From: Candidatus Thorarchaeota archaeon
GTDB lineage: Archaea; Asgardarchaeota; Thorarchaeia; Thorarchaeales; Thorarchaeaceae
Reading direction: 5' to 3'
Assembly: GCA_003345545.1 (NCBI GenBank)
Contig: PRDH01000035.1
Location: 1-64,000 of the forward strand
Length of the DNA stretch: 64,000 bases
Part shown: piece after piece, positions 19,871-29,313 of the stretch
How positions within the stretch are numbered: position 1 is the first letter of the stretch
Layout of the letters: the number at the start of each line of letters is the position of its first letter
Position numbers and translations under genes: made by a program
The notes under the pieces: model-generated
What the model was told of the DNA's origin: nothing
Database searches by the model: none
What the model saw: only the letters and a program-made list of their open reading frames with translations

Positions 19871-22815
19871 CCACGGCGGACAAGAGGAAGAGCACTGGTG
19901 ACCTAGAGTCTGAGGAAGATATTCCTAGGTCAATCGTGGTCATAGGCGCCGCTGAGCACAATCTGAAACACATCGATGTCACTATTCCAAAGAATACTCT
20001 TACAGTGGTGACAGGTCTCTCGGGGTCAGGGAAGAGCTCCTTGGTCTTTGATACTATCTACAGCGAAGGCCAGAGGCGATTCATAGAGTCACTCTCACCG
20101 TATGCTCGGCAGTTTCTGGGAATGCTTGAGAAACCAAAGGTCGACCTAATGACAGGTCTCTCGCCATCAATATCAATCGACCAGAAGAGTGTCAGCCGAA
20201 ATCCAAGGTCGACGGTCGGGACCATTACAGAGATTTATGATTATCTGCGCCTTCTGTACGCTAGGGTTGGAGAGCCCCACTGCCCGAAATGCGGAAAGAA
20301 GGTCGAACCCCAGACATCTCAGCAGATTGTTGACCGCATCATGGATTTCAAAGAGGGCTCCCGAGTCATGATTCTGGCTCCTATTGTCCGGGGACGCAAG
20401 GGGGAGTATCGGAAGGAGTTCAAGGACCTGATGAAGAAGGGGTACGTGCGGGCGCGCGTTGACGGGAAACTCCTTGAGCTTGAGGAAAGTATGTCGCTTG
20501 ATAGGTACTTTGGGCACACGATAGAAGTGGTCATCGACCGTCTCACTGTGAAGGCGTCAGAGCGAGGGCGAATCTCAGAGGCTGTGGAAACCGCACTAAA
20601 GATGGCTGAGAGAGTGGTCACTATCATTGGTCCTGATGGAGACCTGACCTTGTCAGAGCAGTTCGCCTGTGTTGACTGTGGTATCAGTCTTCCAGAAATG
20701 GAACCACGTATCTTCAGTTGGAACACACCTCAAGGGGCATGTCCTCGCTGCACAGGCATCGGTGTCATCAGGCAGTTCGATCCTGATATGTTCATCACAG
20801 ATCCAAGCCGCTCTCTGAATGATGGCCTGTTCTCGACAGACGAGTGGAAAGTCAAACGTGACTTCACCAAGAAGATTATTGAGCACTACGGCTTTACCAT
20901 GGACACGCCATGGAAGGACATGACGGAGAAGCAGCGAAACCTACTTCTCTATGGTTCAGGTGACGAGAAGTTCGAGGCCACATGGGAAGCCGATAATCCA
21001 GAGTACGAGGTCCAATTCAAGGGGACATTCCAGAGGCCCTTTGAGGGCTGGGTAGAACGGGCGAAGAGGCTCTACAAGACTACAACATCTGAGTATGGTC
21101 TGAGTATTCTCGAGAAGCTCATGTCATCTCAGACGTGCCCCCTCTGCAACGGCAGGAGGCTGAGACCCGAGTCTCTGGCCGTGACATTCAACGGCAAGTC
21201 AGTCACCGACCTGAACAACATGTCAATCAAGGCTCTGAGGGAGTTCTTCGAGAAGGCAGAAGTTGTGCCTAGACTTCGACCGGTCTCAGACCCAATTATC
21301 CGTGAGATAATGGGGCGTATCGGGTTCCTTGAGGATGTAGGACTAGACTATCTCACTCTCGATAGGTCCGCTCCGAGTCTTGCGGGAGGCGAGGCTCAGA
21401 GAATTCGCCTTGCAAGCCAGATTGGCTCAAATCTTGTTGGTGTGACATACGTGTGTGATGAGCCCAGTATCGGGCTTCACAGTCGAGACAACGACAGGCT
21501 CCTGAAGTCACTCACTCATCTGCGAGACCTGGGCAACAATGTTCTCGTTGTCGAACATGATGAGGAGACCATTCGGAGAGCTGACTACATCGTCGACCTC
21601 GGCCCCGGAGCTGGTACCGAAGGCGGAGAAGTCGTCGTAGCCGGTACTCTCGATGATGTTCTCAAATGTGATAAGTCCATCACTGGCAAGTTCCTTCGGG
21701 GCGAGGACAGTATACCTGTTCCGAAGCGTAGAAGACACCCAAACGGTCGGTTCCTCGAAATGAGGGGTTGCCGACATAACAATCTGAAGAATCTGAATCT
21801 CCGGATTCCCCTTGGTCTGTTCATCGCAGTCACCGGAGTCTCAGGATCTGGCAAATCCTCTCTGATTGTGGAGACTCTCCAACGAGAACTTGCACGAAGG
21901 TTCCACAATGCAGAGGCGAAACCAGGCAAGTTTGATGAGATACTCGGTGTGGAGCAGCTTGACAAGGTAATAGTCATTGACCAGGGTCCCATAGGGAGAA
22001 CACCTAGGTCGAATCCTGCGACATACGTAGGTCTCTGGTCACCCTTGAGAGACCTCTTCTCAAGTCTTCCCGAGTCCCAGATAAGAGGATACAAACCCGG
22101 GCGTTTCAGCTTCAATGTCATGAGTGGCCGATGCGGGACCTGTAAGGGTGCTGGCGTTGAGATCATCGAAATGCAATTCCTTCCTCCAGTACAGGTTACC
22201 TGTAGTGAATGCAAGGGGCGGCGGTATAATAGAGAGACCCTACAGGTGCGGTTCAAGGGCAAGAACATCGCGGACATCTTGGACATGCGTATCGATGAGG
22301 CTGTCAAATTCCTCGAGGGCATTCCCACTGTCCACCGACGGCTTGAGACCCTCTGCGAAGTCGGTATGGGTTATGTGAAACTCGGGCAGCCTGCGACCAC
22401 GCTCTCGGGAGGTGAAGCGCAACGTATTAAGCTGAGCAAGTACCTCTCACGCCCTGCCACTGGGCAGACGCTGATATTGTTAGACGAGCCAACGACTGGG
22501 TTGCACTTTGCCGACATCAAGAAACTACTCGAAGTTCTCCATCGTCTTGTCGACTTGGGAAACACAGTTCTCGTGATTGAGCATCAGTTGGACGTAGCCA
22601 AGACCGCTGACTGGGTGATTGACCTCGGTCCTGAGGGCGGAGACGAGGGCGGCTATCTGATTGCAGAGGGAACTCCTGAAGATGTAGCTGCATGTGAGAG
22701 TTCGTTCACCGGCCACTACCTTCGCGGGCTACTGAAACCGATGAAGCAAGGGCGAGCAGTCCCTCTGAGGCAGTCAGTGCCCAAGAGGACACTGAAGCGG
22801 AGGTCAGCAAAGTGA
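19867..22815 (+). CDS. uvrA: Excinuclease ABC subunit A, paralog 1
   Basis: Two ABC NBDs (GLSGSGKS and GVSGSGKS; LAGGE and LSGGE), Zn modules, a UvrB-binding domain and PIGRTPRSNPATY. Confidence 0.97.
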   Translation: MTTADKRKSTGDLESEEDIPRSIVVIGAAEHNLKHIDVTIPKNTLTVVTGLSGSGKSSLVFDTIYSEGQRRFIESLSPYARQFLGMLEKPKVDLMTGLSPSISIDQKSVSRNPRSTVGTITEIYDYLRLLYARVGEPHCPKCGKKVEPQTSQQIVDRIMDFKEGSRVMILAPIVRGRKGEYRKEFKDLMKKGYVRARVDGKLLELEESMSLDRYFGHTIEVVIDRLTVKASERGRISEAVETALKMAERVVTIIGPDGDLTLSEQFACVDCGISLPEMEPRIFSWNTPQGACPRCTGIGVIRQFDPDMFITDPSRSLNDGLFSTDEWKVKRDFTKKIIEHYGFTMDTPWKDMTEKQRNLLLYGSGDEKFEATWEADNPEYEVQFKGTFQRPFEGWVERAKRLYKTTTSEYGLSILEKLMSSQTCPLCNGRRLRPESLAVTFNGKSVTDLNNMSIKALREFFEKAEVVPRLRPVSDPIIREIMGRIGFLEDVGLDYLTLDRSAPSLAGGEAQRIRLASQIGSNLVGVTYVCDEPSIGLHSRDNDRLLKSLTHLRDLGNNVLVVEHDEETIRRADYIVDLGPGAGTEGGEVVVAGTLDDVLKCDKSITGKFLRGEDSIPVPKRRRHPNGRFLEMRGCRHNNLKNLNLRIPLGLFIAVTGVSGSGKSSLIVETLQRELARRFHNAEAKPGKFDEILGVEQLDKVIVIDQGPIGRTPRSNPATYVGLWSPLRDLFSSLPESQIRGYKPGRFSFNVMSGRCGTCKGAGVEIIEMQFLPPVQVTCSECKGRRYNRETLQVRFKGKNIADILDMRIDEAVKFLEGIPTVHRRLETLCEVGMGYVKLGQPATTLSGGEAQRIKLSKYLSRPATGQTLILLDEPTTGLHFADIKKLLEVLHRLVDLGNTVLVIEHQLDVAKTADWVIDLGPEGGDEGGYLIAEGTPEDVAACESSFTGHYLRGLLKPMKQGRAVPLRQSVPKRTLKRRSAK

Positions 22816-25646
22816 CGGGCTACATCAAGGTACGCAAGGCTGAGGAACACAACCTCAAGTCAATTGATGTAGACATCCCCCGAGACAGTCTTGTTGTGGT
22901 CACGGGGCCAAGTGGTTCAGGCAAGTCAACCCTCGTACTTGACACGATCTTCGCGGAAGGCCAGAGGCGTTATGTGGAGAGCCTTAGCTCTTACGCTCGA
23001 AGATTTCTCGGAAGGCTCGATAGGCCGAAGGTCGAGAAGATTACGGGACTCCCACCTGCTATCTCCATTGAGCAGAAGGGTCGCACAAAGAATCCGCGAT
23101 CGACAGTTTCTACGAGTACAGAGATTCATGACTACCTCCGACTACTCTATGCAAATGTCGGAGTCGCTCACTGTGTTAAATGCGGTCTTCCCATGGAGCA
23201 ATTGACTGCTGAGTCAGCTGCACGACTACTTCTCGACGAGAACGGCGGACAGAGAATTCACGTCCTTGCCCCCATTGTCCGCGGCGAGACCGGAAAGCAT
23301 CAGGATGCTCTTGATGGACTCCACAAGAATGGATTCGCTCGTGTCCGTGTGGATGGAGATGTCATAGACATAGACCAAGTAGACTTGGATGCACGAAAGA
23401 AGCATGATATTGATGTTGTCGTTGACAGGCTCGAACTGAACCAGAAGCACCGTGAGCGGCTGATTGGCTCCCTGGAGACTGCTCTTGAAACTGGCGACGG
23501 TAGGGCAATCGTTTCTCGAGAAGGCGTGGAGGATCTTACCTTCGCTCAACAGCTAATGTGCCCGAAATGTGGCATTCAGTACGAGAAACTGGGTCCAAAA
23601 GCATTCTCCTTCAACAGGCCTGATGGGGCATGTCCTGTTTGCAACGGTCTTGGTGTGACAATGTCAATTGATCCTGAGCTCCTAGTGCCCGACAAGAACA
23701 TGACGGTTCATGAGATAAGTCGGCATATCAATGCAGGTGAACGAAACTGGTGGAATGACAGACTTGTCGCACTAGGCAAACTTCTCGGATTCACCTTGGA
23801 AACCCCGTTCAATGAGCTTAGCGAATCCCAGATAGAAGCCTTGGTCTGGGGTCGTCCTGAATATACTCTTCACTATACTCAGGAAGGTGAAACATCGACA
23901 TGGGAGATAACCAGAAAGTGGTATGGTCTTGTGAGATGGCTCGAACGTATCTTTGACCGAGGAAAGGCCAGCGATAAGTTGTACTACCGCTGGTGGGCTC
24001 AACGCATTGCTAACGAGTTCTCCAGGAAGACTGCCTGTGAAGCATGCAATGGCAGAAAGCTCAAGCCGGAGAGTCTGGCTGTCACTGTTGCGGGTAAGCC
24101 TATTGATGAGATCACGTCAATGACCATCGAGAAGGCGGCTGAATTCTTCAAGAACATCACGCTTACTGAACGAGAGTTCAAGATAGCACAACTGGTACTC
24201 AAGGAGATTCGAGCACGTCTTAACTTTCTGCTGGCCGTAGGACTCGAGTATCTGAGTCTTGACAGGGCGTCCATGACTCTATCAGGAGGTGAAAGCCAGA
24301 GAATCCGTCTTGCTACACAGATAGGGTCTGCCCTCACCGGAGTATTGTATTGCCTTGATGAGCCATCAATCGGGCTCCATCCTCGCGATGTGGGAAAGCT
24401 CATCGAAACATTCTATCACCTGAGATCTCTCGGGAATACTGTGGTGGTGATTGAACATGACCGCGATACCATTACAGCTGCTGATCATCTCATTGATCTT
24501 GGCCCTCTTGCCGGTGTGAACGGAGGTTATCTTGTGGCCGAGGGACCACCCTCTGAAGTTCTTGCTAATCCGAAGTCTCTCACTGCTCAATACCTAGCTG
24601 GAGTCAAGAGGATACCCATCCCCAAGGAACGACGGCGTGGTAATGGAAAGCAGATAGTCATTCATGGTGCTCGGGCTAACAACCTCAAGAAAATCGACGT
24701 TGGGTTTCCTCTTGGCACGATCATATGTGTCACTGGCGTTTCCGGGGCAGGAAAGAGTTCTCTGACCCATGAAACTCTCTACAAGGCACTAGCTCAGCGA
24801 CTCAACGGAACAAGTACTGTCCCAGGGAGCCATGACTCTATTGAGGGTGTCGAGAATATTGATAGAATGATTCTCGTTGACCAGTCTCCAATCGGTCGTA
24901 CTCCAAGAAGTAATCCTGCAACGTATACACAGACCTTCGGAGAGATTCGGGACCTCTTTGCAATGATGCCTGAGGCGAAAGCGAGAGGGTACGGACCTGG
25001 CCGTTTCAGTTTCAACACGAGAGACGGTCGGTGTGAGAAATGCAAAGGCAGTGGCGTCATTCAGGTCGAGATGCACTTCATGTCGGATGTCTTCATGACA
25101 TGCGATGTCTGCAAGGGCAACCGATTCGACAGAGAGACCTTGGAGGTCACTTACAAAGGAAAGAACATCACGCAAGTTCTCACATTGACCATAGAGGAGG
25201 CGCTGCAGCTGTTCGCCGACATACCGAAGATTGCAGAGAGATTGGGAACCCTGGTCGATGTTGGACTTGGCTATCTTCAGCTAGGCCAGCCCGCCACGAC
25301 ATTGAGCGGCGGTGAGGCTCAGCGTATGAAGCTGGCCGCTGAGCTATCCCGGAAGTCTACAGGGAACACACTCTACCTGATGGACGAACCCACGACTGGC
25401 CTCTCAGCCTCAGATGTGCACGTGCTTCTTGGAGTAGTGAACCGTCTCGTCGACGCAGGTAACACCGTGGTCATCGTTGAGCACAATCTCGAAGTTATAA
25501 AGACCGCAGATTGGGTGATAGATCTCGGCCCTGATGGCGGTGATGGTGGGGGGGAAGTCATCGCAGTCGGGACACCAGAAGATGTGATTAGAGTGAAGAA
25601 ATCTTATACTGGAAAACATCTGAAACCAGTCCTCTCCGCATCCTGA
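22812..25646 (+). CDS. uvrA: Excinuclease ABC subunit A, paralog 2
   Basis: Two ABC NBDs (GPSGSGKS and GVSGAGKS; LSGGE twice), Zn modules, a UvrB-binding domain and PIGRTPRSNPATY. Confidence 0.97.
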   Translation: MTGYIKVRKAEEHNLKSIDVDIPRDSLVVVTGPSGSGKSTLVLDTIFAEGQRRYVESLSSYARRFLGRLDRPKVEKITGLPPAISIEQKGRTKNPRSTVSTSTEIHDYLRLLYANVGVAHCVKCGLPMEQLTAESAARLLLDENGGQRIHVLAPIVRGETGKHQDALDGLHKNGFARVRVDGDVIDIDQVDLDARKKHDIDVVVDRLELNQKHRERLIGSLETALETGDGRAIVSREGVEDLTFAQQLMCPKCGIQYEKLGPKAFSFNRPDGACPVCNGLGVTMSIDPELLVPDKNMTVHEISRHINAGERNWWNDRLVALGKLLGFTLETPFNELSESQIEALVWGRPEYTLHYTQEGETSTWEITRKWYGLVRWLERIFDRGKASDKLYYRWWAQRIANEFSRKTACEACNGRKLKPESLAVTVAGKPIDEITSMTIEKAAEFFKNITLTEREFKIAQLVLKEIRARLNFLLAVGLEYLSLDRASMTLSGGESQRIRLATQIGSALTGVLYCLDEPSIGLHPRDVGKLIETFYHLRSLGNTVVVIEHDRDTITAADHLIDLGPLAGVNGGYLVAEGPPSEVLANPKSLTAQYLAGVKRIPIPKERRRGNGKQIVIHGARANNLKKIDVGFPLGTIICVTGVSGAGKSSLTHETLYKALAQRLNGTSTVPGSHDSIEGVENIDRMILVDQSPIGRTPRSNPATYTQTFGEIRDLFAMMPEAKARGYGPGRFSFNTRDGRCEKCKGSGVIQVEMHFMSDVFMTCDVCKGNRFDRETLEVTYKGKNITQVLTLTIEEALQLFADIPKIAERLGTLVDVGLGYLQLGQPATTLSGGEAQRMKLAAELSRKSTGNTLYLMDEPTTGLSASDVHVLLGVVNRLVDAGNTVVIVEHNLEVIKTADWVIDLGPDGGDGGGEVIAVGTPEDVIRVKKSYTGKHLKPVLSAS

Positions 25647-26091
25647 AGCTCTTCTAGAGTGATGCATCGCATCTGTTTCGAGTTTCCCATCGGATTCGAT
25701 TCACATAGGTCTCTTACATATAGTTCCAGCAAAGTGGGTCTACTGGTTGTCTAACATGAAGAAGCATTTGAGGTTGAAAAACGAAGAAGAAACAGAAGGG
25801 CGCCCTATGCTTTCGATTTGTCGTCTGGCTTTGCACATTATTCTCACGTGGAAGGACGTGAAGTCGTGCTATGATGTCTATAATACAAGATTGAAGCGAT
25901 TAGGACTCATTTTATGAATATTCTGGCAATCATAATATTGAATGGGTATCAAAAAGGACTCATAACCATTATAAGACCTGTCGGGTGGTAATACCTCACA
26001 CGTACACGTACCCTATATTAGCACTCCATGAGTATTCATTCCTGTTTGCATCGACAGAATCCTCATGATTCGTCCGCCGGGAGGACAACGC

Positions 26092-26607
26092 ATGACACAG
26101 CGAGAGGATGCCTCGAAGACTATACAATCGATTTCCAGCGACAGGCCTTCCACTGTGATAGAATCTGACCTCAGGATGCGGCTCAGGACATTTCCTCGGG
26201 ACGCACAGACCTGGTATGCTCTGGGTTCCTATCTCCATTCCTTCGGAAGACTTGATGAGGCAGAGGAGGCACTGCGGAAGGCCATCTCCCTAAACCCTGG
26301 TCCAGCACATTTTCTGGAAGAGCTAGCACGGATTCTCATGGATCTCGGGCGACTTGATGAGGCCTATCAGCTGTATGATAAGAGAGCCCCCTCCTCAATT
26401 GACGCCCTCAGAGGTGAGATTGACGTACTTCGTAGGATGGAGGCTGCTGCGGACGAAAACGCCGTTGCCATCTCCCCCTGCATAGATTGCTCTGACTATA
26501 CATATTACGGGTGTTCTAAAGATGGTGCCTGCGACTCCATTAATCGTTGGCGCACGAGAGTCAGACAGGTCGCCACTCAGAGAAGCCCTGATGGACACTC
26601 CAAGTAG
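26092..26607 (+). CDS. TPR protein with a C-terminal Cys4 motif (CX2CX7CX5C)
   Basis: SD ggagga before the ATG; WYALGSYLHSFGRLDEAEEALRKAISLNP; PCIDCSDYTYYGCSKDGAC. Confidence 0.78.
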   Translation: MTQREDASKTIQSISSDRPSTVIESDLRMRLRTFPRDAQTWYALGSYLHSFGRLDEAEEALRKAISLNPGPAHFLEELARILMDLGRLDEAYQLYDKRAPSSIDALRGEIDVLRRMEAAADENAVAISPCIDCSDYTYYGCSKDGACDSINRWRTRVRQVATQRSPDGHSK

Positions 26608-26684
26608 CTCGCTTGTACCCACCGAATCACTGATTTGGCACGGAGTTCAAAAGTGATTGGACTCACATTAAAGGATGATACGGA

Positions 26685-28496
26685 ATGTCAAATCTTTCAG
26701 CCTTAGTCAGTGACTTGCCTGACCAGCCAGGAGTCTACATCTGGAAGAATGACAAGGGCGACATTCTGTACATTGGCAAGGCAAAGATGCTGAAGCGTCG
26801 CGTCGGATCGTATATGCGAAAGACAGGTCTCTACCGCAGGACATGGGAGATGATGCAGGAGGCAGTTGACCTGGAAACCATCATCACGAATACAGAGCGG
26901 GAGGCACTGATTCTGGAGCAGACTCTCATCAAGAAGCACCAACCTCGGTATAACATAGCTCTAAAGGATGATCGGCGGCACGCGTGGGTGCGCGTGAACA
27001 AGAATGACCCTATTCCCACCTTTGAGGTCACTAGAGATGCTCAGAAGGATGGTGCGACCTATTTTGGTCCCTATGGAAGTACAAAGCGCTTGGATCGTTT
27101 TTTGGACACCATACGGAAGATTATCCCTGTTGCCACATGCAAGGAACCATGGAAAGTCAAGCGTGCCTGCATGGACTATCATCTTGAGCGATGCACGGCT
27201 CCCTGTGAGAAACACATCTCGAAGGAAGAGTACATGTCACTTGTTGAGCAGATGTGCATGTATCTCGATGGCAGGTCAGAGGAGCTGACCGAATCTATCG
27301 AAGAGCAGATGTTGAAGGCATCAAGGGAGATGAGATTTGAAGCTGCAGCTGAACTGCGTGATCGGCTCTCCGATATTGAGATCATCATGAGCCGACAGAA
27401 AGTCGTCGAGTTCGATGGTATCAATCGGGACATTCTCGGCATCTCGCGTACTGAGCAGGCTGCCCTCATTGAGATGCTAATCATTCGGAACGGGCGACTG
27501 ATTGGCCAGGACAACTTCTATTTTGAAATTGACCTAGAAGTAAAGGACTCAGATATACTCACTGCATATATCGAGCAGTTCTATTTTGGACTTCCAAGAC
27601 TGCCGAACGAGATAGTCTTGCCCTGTAAGATCCCCGATATGCAACAGCTCAGTGAGTGGCTTAGCGAAAGCAACGGACATGAGGTCAAAGTCACTGAGGC
27701 TCTTGATGCAAAAAGCCGGGAGCTCGTTGAGATGGCCAACAAGAATGCCCACCGTGCACTCAGAAAGATGCTCATACTTGGTTCCAGTGAAGATGAGATA
27801 GTGCATGACGGCGTCAAGGAGCTCAAAGAGGCTCTTGGACTCAGTCAGGCACCAATGCATATCGAAGGCTTTGACATTGCTAACATACAGGGCACGGATC
27901 CCACAGGCTCATGTGTTGTATTTCAGAATGGTGAACCAGACAACAAAATGTACCGTATGTTCCGAGTTCGGACCAAGGACACTCCTGACGACTACGCTAT
28001 GATGCGGGAAGTTGTCTTCAGGCGCTACACTGGCGTTCTCGAACGTGGTCATACCCTTCCTGACCTTATTCTGATTGATGGTGGGAAGGGGCAGCTGAAG
28101 GTAGCGCTTGATGCACTCAAGGAACTTGGGCTTGAGTACTTGCAGGTAGCTGCTGTCGCCAAGACGGAAGAGCGTATCTTCACTAGAGGCAATCTTGAGG
28201 GTGTCGTACTTGATTATGGTTCTGAAGGTCTGCACCTCATTCAGAATATCCGTGATGAAGCGCATCGATTCGCGCAGCGATATCATCACAAACTCCGCGA
28301 GAAACGCTTTACCGGCTCCATACTTGAGGAAGCCCCTGGAATTGGACCGAAGCGACGCAAGGCGCTCATTGATGCATTTGGAAGCTATGACGGTGTGAGG
28401 AAGGCAGCTGCTGATGAGCTAGCCAAAGTGGAAGGCATGTCTCAGTCTTCAGCTAAAGCACTATACGCATGGCTCCACACGGAAGAACAAGACTAG
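26685..28496 (+). CDS. uvrC: Excinuclease ABC subunit C
   Basis: GIY-YIG (PGVY..YIGKAK), Cys cluster, UVR, RNase H-like (EGFDIA, DDYAMM, IDGGKGQL, RDEAHRFA) and HhH. Confidence 0.98.
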   Translation: MSNLSALVSDLPDQPGVYIWKNDKGDILYIGKAKMLKRRVGSYMRKTGLYRRTWEMMQEAVDLETIITNTEREALILEQTLIKKHQPRYNIALKDDRRHAWVRVNKNDPIPTFEVTRDAQKDGATYFGPYGSTKRLDRFLDTIRKIIPVATCKEPWKVKRACMDYHLERCTAPCEKHISKEEYMSLVEQMCMYLDGRSEELTESIEEQMLKASREMRFEAAAELRDRLSDIEIIMSRQKVVEFDGINRDILGISRTEQAALIEMLIIRNGRLIGQDNFYFEIDLEVKDSDILTAYIEQFYFGLPRLPNEIVLPCKIPDMQQLSEWLSESNGHEVKVTEALDAKSRELVEMANKNAHRALRKMLILGSSEDEIVHDGVKELKEALGLSQAPMHIEGFDIANIQGTDPTGSCVVFQNGEPDNKMYRMFRVRTKDTPDDYAMMREVVFRRYTGVLERGHTLPDLILIDGGKGQLKVALDALKELGLEYLQVAAVAKTEERIFTRGNLEGVVLDYGSEGLHLIQNIRDEAHRFAQRYHHKLREKRFTGSILEEAPGIGPKRRKALIDAFGSYDGVRKAAADELAKVEGMSQSSAKALYAWLHTEEQD

Positions 28497-28653
28497 CCTA
28501 TCCATAATGCCCAGGCGAGAGAACACTCGATTAATAGTGCCAATCTGAGATAGTATCCTTTCATTCTTGATACGCCATACACTTAGGTTTAAATGGGCAG
28601 GTGTGGCGTTTCCGACGCTGGACTGGTATACTAGTCTAAACGAAGTGGTCGAA

Positions 28654-28836
28654 ATGATCTGGAAAGTAACTGACGCATGTACAGCGTGCGGAACTTGTGC
28701 TGATGTCTGTCCTGTTGACCCGTCTTTGTACGTGGTCAATGAGAAGTCTGTTTACCAAGTCGCCCGCGCAGATGAATGCACTGAATGCTTTGCCTGTGTT
28801 GATAGCTGCCCCGAGGCCGCTATTGAAGAGGCATAA
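28654..28836 (+). CDS. 2x[4Fe-4S] ferredoxin
   Basis: CTACGTCADVCP and CTECFACVDSCP. Confidence 0.92.
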   Translation: MIWKVTDACTACGTCADVCPVDPSLYVVNEKSVYQVARADECTECFACVDSCPEAAIEEA

Positions 28837-28935
28837 GACTAGCAATACTACTGGTCCTCACGTATTAGTGAGGACGAGTACGACAGGAGCACTTTCTCAA
28901 TCATTGAGAGTGTTCCTGTCATCGATCTCCTTACT

Positions 28936-29214
28936 CTAGTAGTCCATTCGGCGAGACTGTTTCACCAGGTACGGAACTCCGAGAACTGAATCAAAGAACT
29001 CTCTCAGCGAGTCATCGATGAGAATAACCCGAACATGCGCCATTTCATCGCTATTTGGATCGAAAGTACCTATGACTTTCTCAATCTGTGACTCATCTTC
29101 TAGCATCAGAATCGTACTTGCTTCGTCGATTTCCTCATGCATCGTAAACTTATCTCGTATCTGCTCCATGCAGCTCCTGTATTCACCAGGTCTGACTCTG
29201 TAGAATAGCTTCAT
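28936..29214 (-). CDS. Hypothetical protein
   Basis: 92-aa ORF with gaggt upstream of the ATG. Confidence 0.6.
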   Translation of the reverse strand: MKLFYRVRPGEYRSCMEQIRDKFTMHEEIDEASTILMLEDESQIEKVIGTFDPNSDEMAHVRVILIDDSLREFFDSVLGVPYLVKQSRRMDY

Positions 29215-29313
29215 CGTCTGTGACCTCGTTTTTGTCTTTCTCATAGACATGCAGGAAGGTATAAGTGATTTAGTCCTTCCACTCACAGCCACTGCATATC
29301 GGGAGTATTTGAC

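Noticed and set aside
21585-22328. 247-aa antisense ORF and similar antisense ORFs within the uvr, helicase and ATPase genes
   Set aside because: These are antisense shadows of well-conserved genes.
19867-25646. Tandem uvrA as an assembly duplication
   Set aside because: The copies differ extensively at protein level and are joined by clean coupled overlaps.
25647-26091. Short ORFs in the gap between uvrA' and the TPR gene
   Set aside because: Under 60 aa on the + strand, with no recognisable similarity.
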